A stretch of DNA of 64,000 bases from Squalus acanthias (taxonomy: Eukaryota). Both the position numbers and the translations under genes were made by a program. Positions 39,311 through 52,200 of this stretch are shown here, piece by piece (the first letter of the stretch is position 1; every line of letters begins with the position of its first letter). Location: NCBI GenBank assembly GCA_030390025.1, contig CM059449.1, forward strand, positions 14,012,001 to 14,076,000, written 5' to 3'. A model generated the notes under the pieces. That model did no database searches. It was not told where the DNA came from and saw only the letters and a program-made list of their open reading frames with translations.

Positions 39311-40827
39311 GGCCCGTATTTTCTGATCACTACGAGTGTGCACGAGCTGTGTACACACCCGCAGGGACATCGGAAATGCCGGTTTCAGGCATGTGAAGCG
39401 CATGCGCTGAAAACCGGCATTTCCGATCTGTCAAGAATCCTCTTGACAGATCGGACGCCTGCCCTGGAGAAGGGCCTCTGTGGGGGGAGAGTTCCGCTTT
39501 CTGCAGAACCTCCGCCCGCTGAAATCTCTTAAAAATCTTACGCCTGGTAAAAGCAGAGGCGGAAGGCCTGCTTTTACCAGCATAAGAGTTTTAAAAAGTA
39601 AAAAATAATGGGCCAAAAATTCGGCCCTTGCCGGGTGAGTACGCACTGTGTACTCACCCGCAAGGCGTCCCGAAGTGCCGGTTTCCTGCACGCGCTGCGC
39701 ATGCGTGGGAAACCGGAACTTCCGGTCTGGTGAAGGGAGCGGTTCATAGGTGAACCGTGTGCGCGGTAGAGGCTGCGCGCACGCAGCAAACTTAGTTTTT
39801 TTTTCAGGTTTCTACGGGAGGGTAAGTATTGAAGAACCTGCGCTTTTAAAAAGGAGGCGCAGGACCCATTTTCAACAAGGTAAGTGGTTAATTAATTATA
39901 ATTTAAAAAAATTTCAACAGGTTTATCTTTTTTAGATACTTTAAAGAAAGGTAAGTTTATTTTTAGCACTGTTAAAAAGTATTTTAATTTTTTCAAAAAT
40001 TTAAACTTTTGTTTAAAGTAGTTAATTTATTTAACTTATAGTTATTTTATAAATGTGATGGTTTTTTTTTAATTTATTTTAAGTTTAGCTGTTCTTTTGG
40101 GGCCGATTTCAATTCACAGATTTGCCAGGTCTTCCTGTCAAATCTATGAATGAAAGATGGTCTGCTGCCATTGGCTCTCCATGGCCCACGTGATCCCAGG
40201 GGACGCATCGCACTAACTATGCCCCTGGGACACGCAAGCACAGCGCGCTGGCACTTGGAGCAGGCCCAGGAGCTGAAGTTCCCGTGGGCCCAGAGGTCAA
40301 CGGCAGGCGCGGTAGGTAAGTGCACGCGCGATCCTTACCCCGGAGAGGCGAATTGCAGGGCCATAATTTTTTTCACTCATTTATAATTTAAAAATACTTT
40401 AAAAAAAGGTAAGTTTATTTTTAGCCCTGTAAAAAACTTTAATTATTTTTTCGAAAAATTAAATTTTTGTTTAAAATATTTAATTTAATGTAATTTTAAC
40501 TCATTTTAAAAACGTGATGTTTTTTTTAATTTATTTAATGTTTTGATGTCTTTTTTCAGTGATCCCCATTCATACTTTTGACAGGTCTATCTGTCAAAAG
40601 TATGAAGGGGGATTCCCTTCTCCTATTGGCTGGCCTGGCCCACGTGATCCCAGGGACGCTTGCGAACCTCATGCGCCCCTGGGATACGTGGGCCCTGCGC
40701 ATTTCGACCGTGGGGAGGCCCAGGAGCGGAAATGGCCGGACCTCGGGAGCCCTCAGGCAAGGGCGTAGATTTTTTCCCGATGGGAGGCATCCGCACGCAG
40801 GAAGCCTCCTATCGAAAATTACGGGCC
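39311..40827. mobile_element. Harbinger-type MITE family B, copy 2 (host of nested A copy)
   Basis: TIR GGCCCGTATTTTCTGAT...ATCGAAAATTACGGGCC; TSD ATA. Confidence 0.8.
39610..40362. mobile_element. Harbinger-type MITE family A, copy 2, nested in a family B copy
   Basis: Near-identical to 14465-15231; interrupts the AT-rich core of 39311-40827. Confidence 0.8.
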
Positions 40828-41164
40828 ATAGAAAAAAGCCTGCTCCACCATTCAATATGATCATGACTGATCCGCTATCTCAATACCATATTCCTGCTCT
40901 CTCCCCATTCAGATCTTTTTCCATCTGAATTATTTTTTTCTGTTCATCAAAGTATGGATCTGAGATCGATAGATTTTTGGTAGGTAAGGATATCGACGGA
41001 TATGGAGCTAAGACTGGCAGATAGAGTTAAGATACAGCTCGTCGTGATCTCACTGAATGGTGCTGCAGGCTTCGAGGGGCTGAATGGCCTCCTCCTGTTC
41101 CTATCTCCCTTTGGAAATGGTGCACTTCCCCATGTTTGTCACCATCAGGCACGCCCAGGTCAGA

Positions 41165-42782
41165 TACTATTTACAATCTATATTAATGACCTGGATGATG
41201 GGACCGAGTGTACTGTAGCCAAATTTGCTGATGATACAAAGACAGATGGGAAAGCAAGTTGTGAGGAGGACACAAAAGAGTCTGCAAAGGGGTATAAGAA
41301 CATAAGAACTAGGAGCAGGAGTAGGCCAATCGGCCCTTCGAGCCTGCTCCGCCATTCAATAAGATCATGGCTGATCTGATCCTCACCTCAAATCTAAAGA
41401 ACACAAGAAGTAGGAGCAGGACCTGGCCACTCAGCCCCTGGGCCCGCTACGCCACCCACAGGGCCTCGACCGATCCGAACTTAGCCTCATGTCCAATTTC
41501 CTGCCCGCTCCCCGTAACCCCTAATTCCCTTTACTTCTAGGAAACTGTCTATTTTTGTTTTAAATTTATTTAATGATGTAGCTTCCACAGCTTCCTGGGG
41601 CAGCAAATTCCACAGACCCACCACCCTCTGAGTGAAGAAGTTTCTCCTCATCTCAGTTTTGAAAGAGCAGCCCCTTATTCTAAGATTATGCCCCCTAGTT
41701 CTAGTTTCACCCATCAGTGGAAACATCCTTACCGCATCCACCCGATCAAGTCCCTTCACAATCTTATATGTTTCAATAAGATCGCCTCTCACTCTTCTGA
41801 ACTCCAATGAGTAGAGTCCCAATCTACTCAACCTCTCCTCATATGTCCACTCCCTCATCCCGGGGATTAACCGAGTGAACCTTCTTTGTACTGCCTCGAG
41901 AGCAAGTATGTCTTTTCTTAAGTATAGATAGGTTAAGTGAATGGGCAAAAATTTGGCAGATGGAATATAACGTGGGAAAATGTGAGGTTATCCACTTTGG
42001 TAGGAAGAATAAAAAAGCAAATTATTATTTAAATGGAGAGACTACAGAATGCTGCAGTACAGATGGATCTTGGTGTCCTCGTACATGAAACACAAAAAGT
42101 TAGCATGCAGGTACAGCAAGTAATTAGGAAGGCAAATGGGATGTTGGCCCTTATTGCAAGGGGGATGGAGTATAAAAGTAGGGAAGTCTTGCTACAACTG
42201 TACAGGGCGCTGATGAGACCACACCTGGAGTACTGCGTGCAGTTTTGGTCTCCTTATTTAAGGAGGGATATACATGCATTGCAGGCAGTTCAGAGAAGGT
42301 TCACTCGGTTGATTCCTGAGATAAAGGGGTTGTCTTATGAAGAAAGGTTGAGCAGGTTGGGCCTATACTCATTGGAGTTTAGAAGAATGAGAGGCAGTCT
42401 TACTGAAACATATAAGATTCTGAGGGGGCTCGACAGGGTGGATGCAGAGAAGATGTTTCCCCTCGTGGGGGAATCTAGAACTAGGGGGCATCGTTTCAGA
42501 ATATGGGGTCGCCCATTTAAAACGGAGATGAGGAGGAATTTCTTCTCTCAGAGGGTCGTGAATCTTTGGAATTCTCTACCCCAGAGAGCTGTGGAGGCGG
42601 AGTCATTGAATATATTCAAGGCGGAGATAGACAGATATTTGAGCTACAGGGGAGTCGAGGGTTATGGGGAGCGGGCGGGAAAGTGGAGTTGAGGCCAAGA
42701 TCAGATCAGCCATGATCTTATTGAATGGCGGAGCAGGCTCGAGGGGCTGAATGGCCGACTCCTGCTCCTATTACTTATGTTG
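41165..42782 (+). mobile_element. CR1 RT fragment with a nested minus-strand CR1 derivative (~41296-41922)
   Basis: Host LQRDIDRL-type segment is split with TATA duplicated at both junctions. Confidence 0.85.
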
Positions 42783-45351
42783 TCATATTCTTATACAGCA
42801 GACATACCCTGAGGCGCAGGTTAAAGCTCCTCCGATCTATCCTCACATGCCTTACCCACAACCTGAGAAGAGCGCCACCTACTGCATCTGTGTGACATTT
42901 CTTTTTTCCAACCAAATTTGAGATCGGCTCCAAACTGGCAAATTGAGCCCATGTAGCCTAGTTTGTGCGGTGGGTCCCTGGCTCCGGGGATGTGATTCAT
43001 ACTTACCTCATGTAGAATATAGTGGGATCCATGTGGCAAATACTACAACAACAACAACACAAACAACTTGTATATAGGTAACGCCTTTAACGTCCCAAGG
43101 CACTTCACAGGAGTATTATAAGAGAAAAAATTTGACACCGAGCCATATAAGGAGAAATTAGGGCAGATGACCAAAAGCTTGGTCAAAGAGGTAGGTTTTA
43201 AGGAGCGTCTTAAAGGAGGAGGGAGAGGATGAGAGTTTTTAGGCAGGAAATTCCAGAGCTTAGGGCCCAGGCAACAGAAGGCAGGGCCACCAACGGTGGA
43301 GCGATTATAATCAGATTATAATACTGGTGAATTATTAGAATGTGATCAAACATCGTTGGCCTTCATACGCGCTGTGCATTTTGGACTTTTGGCAGTGATC
43401 ATTTCTAATTTACAGGCCTGTTGTATAAAAGTGCCATCAGGTCAAACATTAATTTTTTTTTAAAAACACCACCTTACATGGACACTTCGCACAGAGACTG
43501 AAGTGGTTAAGATGAAAGATTCGAGTTGTGCTTCTGACGATAGGTCAAGCTAAAATTAACTTGTCACGCAACGCCTGCAGGAGTCGGCGCGTCAGAGTTT
43601 CCACGGTTCGTGCGCTGCAGCGGGCAAGCGCTGAGGCAATTTATCAAGTGTCAACTATTGCGCAAGCACTGGCGTAGCTGCAAAAATAAACAACAAAGGG
43701 TTTAAGAAGCAAAAACACGAAAAGGAAGCAAGCTGTGCAGAGGAATACGTGCATACACCTGAACACCCTACCCACACACACACACACATCCACCCCGACA
43801 CACACACACACACACGCATTGTGAGTTGCAACTGATGGGTGCGATTATTTCTGCAAACGCTCCGCAGCTTAACGCAATGCAACTGAGCTGATTGGATGGT
43901 GCGACTTAAAGATTATTCGTTGCGTTTAACTCCACTTTCCGTTTGTCCTGATAGTCCCAGTGAGCGAGCTAGCAGGCTTCCAACAGAATTCTATGGCAAT
44001 CTGATCTTTTTTTTTAATTATCTTAAGGGTCCTTTTTTTCTGAAGGAGTAGTTGAGGCATTTAAGGGGGAAGCTGGGTGAGGGAGAAAATAACAGGTCAC
44101 GCTGATCGGGTGAGATGGAGAGGAGGCCGGTGTGGAGCTTTAACGCCGGCTTGGACCAGTTGGGCCGAATGGCCTCTGTCTGTGCTACAGTGGACCTTTC
44201 AGTTTTAAAAAAGGTTGCCGGGTCGCTCATTATAGTTAGGGTGACGCTCTTTCAGGAGAACGTTTTGTCTTTTCAATTCTCTTGCATTTAAAGATAGAAA
44301 CTGTTGTCAGTAATATTATCCCACGGACGCTTAAAGTCTTCCTACCAAATTCGGCTTTCAGCTATGTAAGCGGGGCGTTAAGTGGGGGTAACAGCTCCAA
44401 ATAGCGAAGAGAGGAGTTTGGCGCGACATAAAATCACCAACTGCAACTTATATTCTTTAAAGCTTTGCTTTGCTCCGCTTTTTGGCACTCGAAAGAAAAG
44501 AAAGACTTGCATTTATATAGCGCCTTTCACAACCACCGGGCGTCTCAAAGCGCTTTACAGCCAATGAAGTACTTTCTGAAGTGTTGTAACTAGTTTAACA
44601 TGTCTTCAGGATTTACTGTTTCGAAAGCCATCGAAACAAAATAATGTTCGGTTCATGTATTTCGCAAACTAACTTGGGTGGCAAAACATTACTCTGGTGG
44701 AACTCCTGAGATTGCGGAATGCAATACTGGTCGATTAGCAAGGTTCCAAATCCACCCCCCACCCTTGCCCAGTGCCGTCAGCTAACCTCAGTCTGGCGGC
44801 GCTGAAGCTGAGACCAATATTCGAAGGTTAGGCAGGTAGAATCAGCCTCAGCGGTCGCTATAGAATGCCAGCCCGGAAAGTGTGCCTGTGTGGGCGTCTG
44901 GTGGGAAAGAGCGCCGGACCGAAGGTACAACAGGCCGTGGTTTTATACCCACCGCCCAAGCTCACAGGCAATTTGAACTTAACCCGCCCGGCGGAAAACT
45001 GCCGGGAATCGGATGCAACGCTGCTTTTACACGCCGCCCGATTTTACTCTCATTTTTAAAATGTCTTCAGAATTTACTGATTGAAGTCAGTGCAGAGTAA
45101 CAGCGGGCGAGGGGGTCATAAAACCGGCATTCCACCTTCAGGAGAGGCAGGAATCCAGTGCAGGAAAATATGAAATTGGGGTTTTGTCGTATATTTGATT
45201 ATTTATTCATATTGCCCAAAATATAATGACTTATTACATTCAAATTGAAACAGTTTCACTATACAAACATTTAATCAGTGAAAGTCATGGTTACAAACAT
45301 GGTAATGAAAAAGGCGATGGGATAATATTGGCATAAAATCTCATTTTTCTA

Positions 45352-45357
45352 TTTATT
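45352..45357 (-). terminator. Candidate polyadenylation signal of gene 2
   Basis: AATAAA on the minus strand ~120 nt after the stop codon. Confidence 0.4.
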
Positions 45358-45478
45358 ACTTGTGTTACTGTGAAAAAATACAGGTGAAAATATTAAAACA
45401 ATAGAGACTGAAGGAGGACTGAGATATTTAAATATGGACTGTCTGAGAAGTAATTGGTCATCGGCTGTCTTCTTACGC

Positions 45479-45604
45479 TTAGGGCAGCATCTCCTGGGAC
45501 GAACGAACGTGCTCATATTCCGCGTCCATCCTGTTGCGCTGTTTCGGTTTTCTTTTCCTCTTCTTCCCCTCTGGCCCGGAGCTCGAAGCCCCGCCCTCTC
45601 CGTG
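45479..45604 (-). CDS. Gene 2 terminal exon HGEGGASSSGPEGKKRKRKPKQRNRMDAEYEHVRSSQEMLP*
   Basis: ttttcaaag| acceptor, phase 0; EGK..R.RMD...EY resembles the gene 1 last exon; minus-strand AATAAA at 45352-45357 and 45202-45207. Confidence 0.65.
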   Translation of the reverse strand, partial: HGEGGASSSGPEGKKRKRKPKQRNRMDAEYEHVRSSQEMLP

Positions 45605-46221
45605 CTTTGAAAACATAGAGAACACCGTGAATGGTCAGCGTCTTCATGAGGAACAGGAGTTAATCAGATCATTAAGTCGTTCAATTCAATGTGTAGATTG
45701 ACTGCTTGATTATTTAGCAATTGATCGATAACATAAGATTAAGAACATAAGAACATAAGAACTCAAACGCCAAGATAGACAGACAGGCAGACAGATAGAC
45801 AGATAGATATACAGATAGATAGATAGATAGACAGTCAGATAGATAGACAGTTAGATAGACAGACAGACAGATAGATAGATAATAGATAGGAGATAGATAA
45901 TAGNNNNNNNNNNNNNNNNNNNNNNNNNNNNNNNNNNNNNNNNNNNNNNNNNNNNNNNNNNNNNNNNNNNNNNNNNNNNNNNNNNNNNNNNNNNNNNNNN
46001 NNNNNNNNNNNNNNNNNNNNNNNNNNNNNNNNNNNNNNNNNNNNNNNNNNNNNNNNNNNNNNNNNNNNNNNNNNNNNNNNNNNNNNNNNNNNNNNNNNNN
46101 NNNNNNNNNNNNNNNNNNNNNNNNNNNNNNNNNNNNNNNNNNNNNNNNNNNNNNNNNNNNNNNCAGTTAGATAGACAGACAGGCAGATAGACAGACAGAT
46201 AGATAATAGATAGGAGATAGG

Positions 46222-46255
<34 letters not shown>

Positions 46256-49200
46256 ATTAAATGGTGGAACAGGCTCGAGGGGTTGAATGGCCTTTTCCAG
46301 TTCCTCTGTTTCTATAACATCTCATCTTGCTTCTCATGACATCCCAAATCACCTCCCATAGAATTAATAACTTTGAAGTGTAGTCACTAGTGTTACAAAA
46401 GCAAAGACGTGCAATGGTGTCATTTTTCCAAATAAACACCTCTACCATAATTCGAAAAAGAGCAAGGAAGCTAATTATTTGCAATGTACACATAAACTCC
46501 CTAACCACAGTTAATGCCTTACTGGCCCAGCAGCGAGAATGCCCCCAGTCTTTAATTGGTCTCAGCAAACACACTTAAAAAGAGAATGAAAGCTGGTCTG
46601 ATCTCGAGTTGACTGGATAATTGTTTTCAAAGAATGCAGGATAAATGCACATTTTGCCTTAAAGGGTCAGGGAACGGCACATTAGCAGCAGAATAGACAT
46701 TATATAAGTTACATAGTGTAATAAGTTCCATACTACATAATCGGAAATGTACTAAACAGTGAGGAGGATAGAAACAGACCTCAGGAGGAAATAGACAGAC
46801 TGCAATTTAACGCAGAGAATTGTGAAGTGATGCATTTTGGTAGTAAAAATGAGGAGCGGCAACATAAAATAAATATATACAATTTGAAAGAGGGTGCAGG
46901 AACAGAGACCCCTGGGGGGGTGTATGTACACAAATCTTTGAAGGTGGCAGGACAAGTTGAGAAGGCTGTTAAAAAAGCATATGGGATCTTGGCTTTATTA
47001 GTGTACAAAGTACAAAAGCAAGGAAGTTATGCTAAACCTTTATAAAACACTGGTTAGTCCTCAGCTGTCTAATTGTGTTCATTTCTGGGCACCACATTTT
47101 AGGAAGGATGTCAAGGCCTTAGAGAGGGTCCAGAGAAGATATACTAGAATGGTGCCAGGGATGAGGGACTTCAGTTAGGTGGAGACAGAGGAGAAGCTGG
47201 GGTTGTTTTCCTTAGAGCAGAGAAGGTTAAGGGGAGATTTAATAGAAGTGTTCAAAATCATGAAGGGATTTGATCGAGTAAATAAGGAAAAAACTGTTTC
47301 CAGTGGCAGAAGGGTCATCAACCAGAGGAAACAGATTGAAGGTCATCCGATAAAGAACCAGAGTCGACATGAGGAAATATTTTTTTACGCAGCCAGTTGT
47401 TATGATCTGGAATGCACTTCCTGAAACAATAGTGGAAGCGGATTCAATAATAACTTTCAAAAGGGAATTAGATAAATACTTGATGGGAAAAAATACAGGG
47501 CAGGGGTGTGGGGCTAATGCTGTGCAGTTAAGAAAAGACATACTTGCTCTCGAGTCAGTACAAAGAAGGTACACTCGGTTAATCCCGAGGATGAGGGGAT
47601 GGACATATGAGGAGAGGTTGGGTAGATTGGGACTCTACTCATTGGAGTTCAGAAGAATGAGAGGCGATCTTATTGAAACATATAAGATTGTGAAGGGGTT
47701 GGATCGGGTGGATGCGGGGAGGATGTTCCCGATGATGGGTGAAACTAGAACTAGGGGGCATAGTCTTAGAATAAGGGGCTGCTCTTTCAAAACTGAGATG
47801 AGAAGGAACTATTTCACTCAAAGGGTGGTAGGTCCATGGAATATGCTGCCCCAAAAAGCTGTAGAAGCTACATCATTACATAAATTTAAAACAGAAATAG
47901 ACAGTTTCCTAGAAGTAAAGGGAATTAAGGGTTACGGGGAGCGGGCAGGAATTTGGACATGAGTCTAGGTTCGGATCGGTCATGGCCCTGTGGGTAGCGT
48001 AGCGGGCCCAGGGGCCATGTAGCCTGATCCTGCTCCTATTTCGTGTGTCCAATTCTGTTAGGTTCAGGAGATGGTTCTGTGATAGTAGATTGGCGGTTAG
48101 GATCAGATCAGCCATGATCTTATTGAATGGCGGAGCAGGCTCGAGGGGCCTATTGGCCTACTCCTGTTCTTATGTTCTTATGTTCTTATGTTCTTATGTT
48201 CTTATGTTCTTATGTTCTTATGTTCTTATGTATCATACTAGGATTCTGGGATAATGCTCTATCTTTATTAAGCAACACATTCACTGACTTGCCACAAACA
48301 GCTCAATGGGAGCTGCTAGTAATTATAATACGAATGTATTTAAAAGTTAAATGCTCTGCAAAGAGAATGAGTGACAGGTCAGCACAGCAATATGATGGCT
48401 GGCTACCATACACAGATATCATTTTCTGCAATGTTCTTAGTCGATTTTTGATATTTTCCAGGTGAAATAAAATATGTTGAATTAAAATAAAATATTTCAA
48501 ATAACTTGGGCCTGGCCTTCTTTAGATTTTCCTTGTATTCTTACAACAACCGAAATCAGGTAAAATTCTGGCCAGTCAAATAATTTGCTTCCGCTGCTGC
48601 ATCATTGTTGACTGACATCGAACGTCGGAGGTCCGAGAGCTCTTTAATTATCCACTGGCGACATTTTGTGGTCCAGAATCTCTTTGCCTTAGAACTCACA
48701 TTGCTTCTGTCTGCCTGCATTTCCTCGGTCGGTGTTTCTGACAGAAACTATTACGAAACATGCTTGTTCCTCTCTGACTCGATGTGAATGGCGATCGTGC
48801 ATCAGTCTGTTCCTCATTAGGTCACCTTTTCAATTTTGCCAGATGTCGTAGGGGGTAAAATTCAACCTCCACCGGGGACGGGAGACGGACGGCAGAGTGC
48901 CGGCCGCCCGTTTATACACGGCGCCAGATTACCCTTTCCACTGAAGTTAATAGAACGGAAAATCAGGCAAGGTGTACAACTTGCGGCCGGTCTGCTAACG
49001 CCCATGTTGTACCTCCTACCGAGTTGGACTTCACTCCCCCTCTTTGTTAACACACAGCGAACAACAGATTTATACAAGACATGTCCAAACAAAGATTTCC
49101 AATTCAACTACAACAGCTTGCATTTATATAGCGCCTTTAATGTAGTAAAATGCCCCAAGGCGCTTCACAGGAGCGATTATCAAACAAAAATATGACATTG

Positions 49201-52200
49201 GATAAAAGTGTGTACGTTGTTTCTGGAAGTTTTTCATCAGTTTTTTTATCAATTCTTAACTAAACAAATTGATGGGTACATTAAAAGGTAGAAAATTATA
49301 GCTTACCTTGTGCTTCCCTTTCTGCTTTAATGGTATAGATTCTATTGGAAAGAAATAACATTTTAGTTGGCAAACAAATCTAAGTCATAGAGTCATAGAG
49401 GCACCGAAGGAGGCCATTCGGCCCATCGAGTCCGTGCCGGCTCTCTGTAGAGCAATCCAGTCAGTCCCATTTCCTTGCTCTATCCCCGTAGCCCTGCAAG
49501 TTTATTTCCCTCAAGTGCCTATCCAGTCTCCCCTTGAAAACATTGAGTGTCTCCACTTCCACCACTTCCGTCAGCAGCGAGTTCCAGGTCATCGCCACTC
49601 ACTGCGTAAAAAAGTTTTTCCTCACATCCCCCCTGTATCTCTTGCCCAAAAACCTTAAATCTGTGTCCCCTAGTCCTTGTACCATCAACTAGTGATAACA
49701 GCCTTTCCCCGTCTAGCCTATCCAAACCCCTCATAATCTTGTACACCTCTATCAAATCGCCCCTCAACCTCCTTTGCTCTAATGAAAACAAATCCAGCTT
49801 CTCTAACCTGTCCTTGTAGCTAAGATCCCCCATCCCCGGAACCGTTCTGGTAAATCTCCTCTGCACCCTCTCAAGTGCCTTCACATCCTTCCTAAACTGT
49901 GGTGACCAGAACTGGACGCAATACTCCAGTTGTGGCCTAACCAGCGCTGTATAAAGGTTCAGCATAACTTCTCTACTTTTGTACTCAATGCCTCTATTTA
50001 TGAAGCCCAAGATCCCATATGCTTTGTTAACCACTCTCTCAATATGTCCTGCCACCTTCAGGGACCTATGCACTTTAACTCCCAGGTCCCTCTGTCCTGC
50101 ACACTCTTTAAAACTGTGCCATTAATTGAATATTGCCTCTCCCTGTTCCTTCTGCCAAAATGCATCACCTCACACTTCTCTGTATTAAATTCCATCTGCC
50201 ACTTGTCTGCCCATTCTGCTAGCCTTTCTATGTCCTGTTGCAGTCGATTGGTATCATCCATTTAGCAAGAGGTTTAAAATGCAAAAAGTCACACATAGCC
50301 AGCTTGTCTGGCTGAATGTATGTTTCAGCCCTCAATTGAAATGCAATGAATTCTACAGTTTTCACATTGGCAAAATGCTTAATTAGGACTGGAGAATTTT
50401 AGCTCTGAGGAAAGATTGGATAGGCTGGGTTTTAACAGAGGAGGCTGAGGGGAGACCTTATTGAGGTGTATAAAATTATGAGGGCCCTAGATAGAGTGGA
50501 TAGGAAGGAACTGTTTCCCTTAGCAGAGGGGTCAACAACCAGGGGGCACAGATTTAAAGTAATTTGTAGGAGGTTTAGAGGGGATTTGAGGAGAAATCTC
50601 TTCACCCAGAGGGTGGTGGGGGTCTGGAACTCACTGCCTGAAAGGGTGGTAGAGGCAGAAACCCTCATCACATTTAAAAATGTGAGAAGTCGCACAACAC
50701 CAGGTTATAGTCCAACAGCTTTATTTGAAATCACAAGCTTCCGGAGCGCTGCTCCTTCGTCACCTGACGAAGGAGCAGCGCTCCGAAAGCTTGTGATTTC
50801 AAATAAACCTGTTGGACTATAACCTGGTGTTGTGCGAATTCTCACATTTGTCCACCCCAGTCCAACACCGGCATCTCCACATCACATTTAAAAAGTGCTT
50901 GGATGTGCACTTGAAGTGCCGTAACCTACAGGGCTACGGACCAAAAGCTGGAAAGTGGGATTAGGGCGGATAGCTCTTTGTCGGCCGGCGCGGACAAGAT
51001 GGGCCGAAATGGCCTCCTTCTGTGCTGTAAATTTCTATGATTCTTCTAGGACAACACAAACGTGATGCTATTTTTGTTCAATCGGCATCATTTTATGGAA
51101 AAACATTTTTTGTTCCTGCTTTGCTAACTTGTCTTACAGCGTTGGAAGGGGGAGCAGCGTTTAAAGCCGGGTGACTATGTTTATAAAAGGTATCCCAATA
51201 CAAATTTGGGAATGGGTTGGATTGTTGTCTGAATGTTCAGCAAATGGGCTTTTTAATATTTTTTTTAAATAGACAAGGATATAGCGTCTTTGTAAGATAC
51301 GTAAATCGCTCTGACTTCACAGCATATTTTTCGGTTATTGAAATGTAAATTTATTTTCTGCAACAAAAGAAAATGCAGAAATTACAAAGTTGCCCCAGCT
51401 GCATCAAAAAAAAATCAAAGGTTAAATATTTCCAGTGCAACTCTTAATCAGCCTCATTTAAAAGAGTACGTTTTCTGTCTCTTTCAGATGATGCTTGACC
51501 TGCTGTGCGATTGCAACATTCTGACAGGTCTGGACAGACTAGATGCAGGAAGGATGTTCCCGATGGTCGGGGAGTCCAGAACCAGGGGTCACAGTCTAAG
51601 GATAAGGGGTAAGCCATTTAGGACAGAAATGAGGAAGAATTTCTTCACCCAGAGAGTAGTGAACCTGTGGAATTCTCTAACACAGAAGGTAGTTGAGGCC
51701 AAGTCATTAAATATATTCAAGAATGAGTTAGATATATTTCTTAAAGCTAAAGGGAACAAGGGATATGGGGAGAAGGCAGGTACAGGGTACTGAGTTTGGA
51801 TGATCAGCCATGATCTCATCGAATGGCGGAGCAGGCTCGAGGGGCCGAATGGCCTACTCCTGCTCCTATCTTCTATGTTTCTATGTTTGTCAGTTTTTAG
51901 GAACCTAGGAACAGGAGGAGGCCATTCAGCCCCTCGGGCCTGTTCCGCCATTCAATGAGATCGTGGCTGATCTGTATCTCAACTCCGTCTACCCGCCTTG
52001 GTTCCGTAACCCTTAATACCCTTGCCTAACAAAAAGCGATCATCGCAGTTTTGAAATTTTCAATTGACCCCCCCACCCCTCCAACCACAACTGCTTTTTT
52101 GGGGGGGGGGGGGGGGGGGGAAGAGAGTTCCAGATTTCCACTACCCTTTGTGTGAAGAAGTGCTTCCTGACATCAACGCTGAACGGCCGAGCTCTAATTT

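Noticed and set aside
42999-43008. U1 snRNA 5' end (ATACTTACCT)
   Set aside because: No U1 body follows; it is simply the reverse complement of a consensus splice donor.
48165-48230. CRISPR-like or coding repeat (MFLCSYVL)n
   Set aside because: Spacerless TTCTTATG octamer expansion of the CR1 3' tail.
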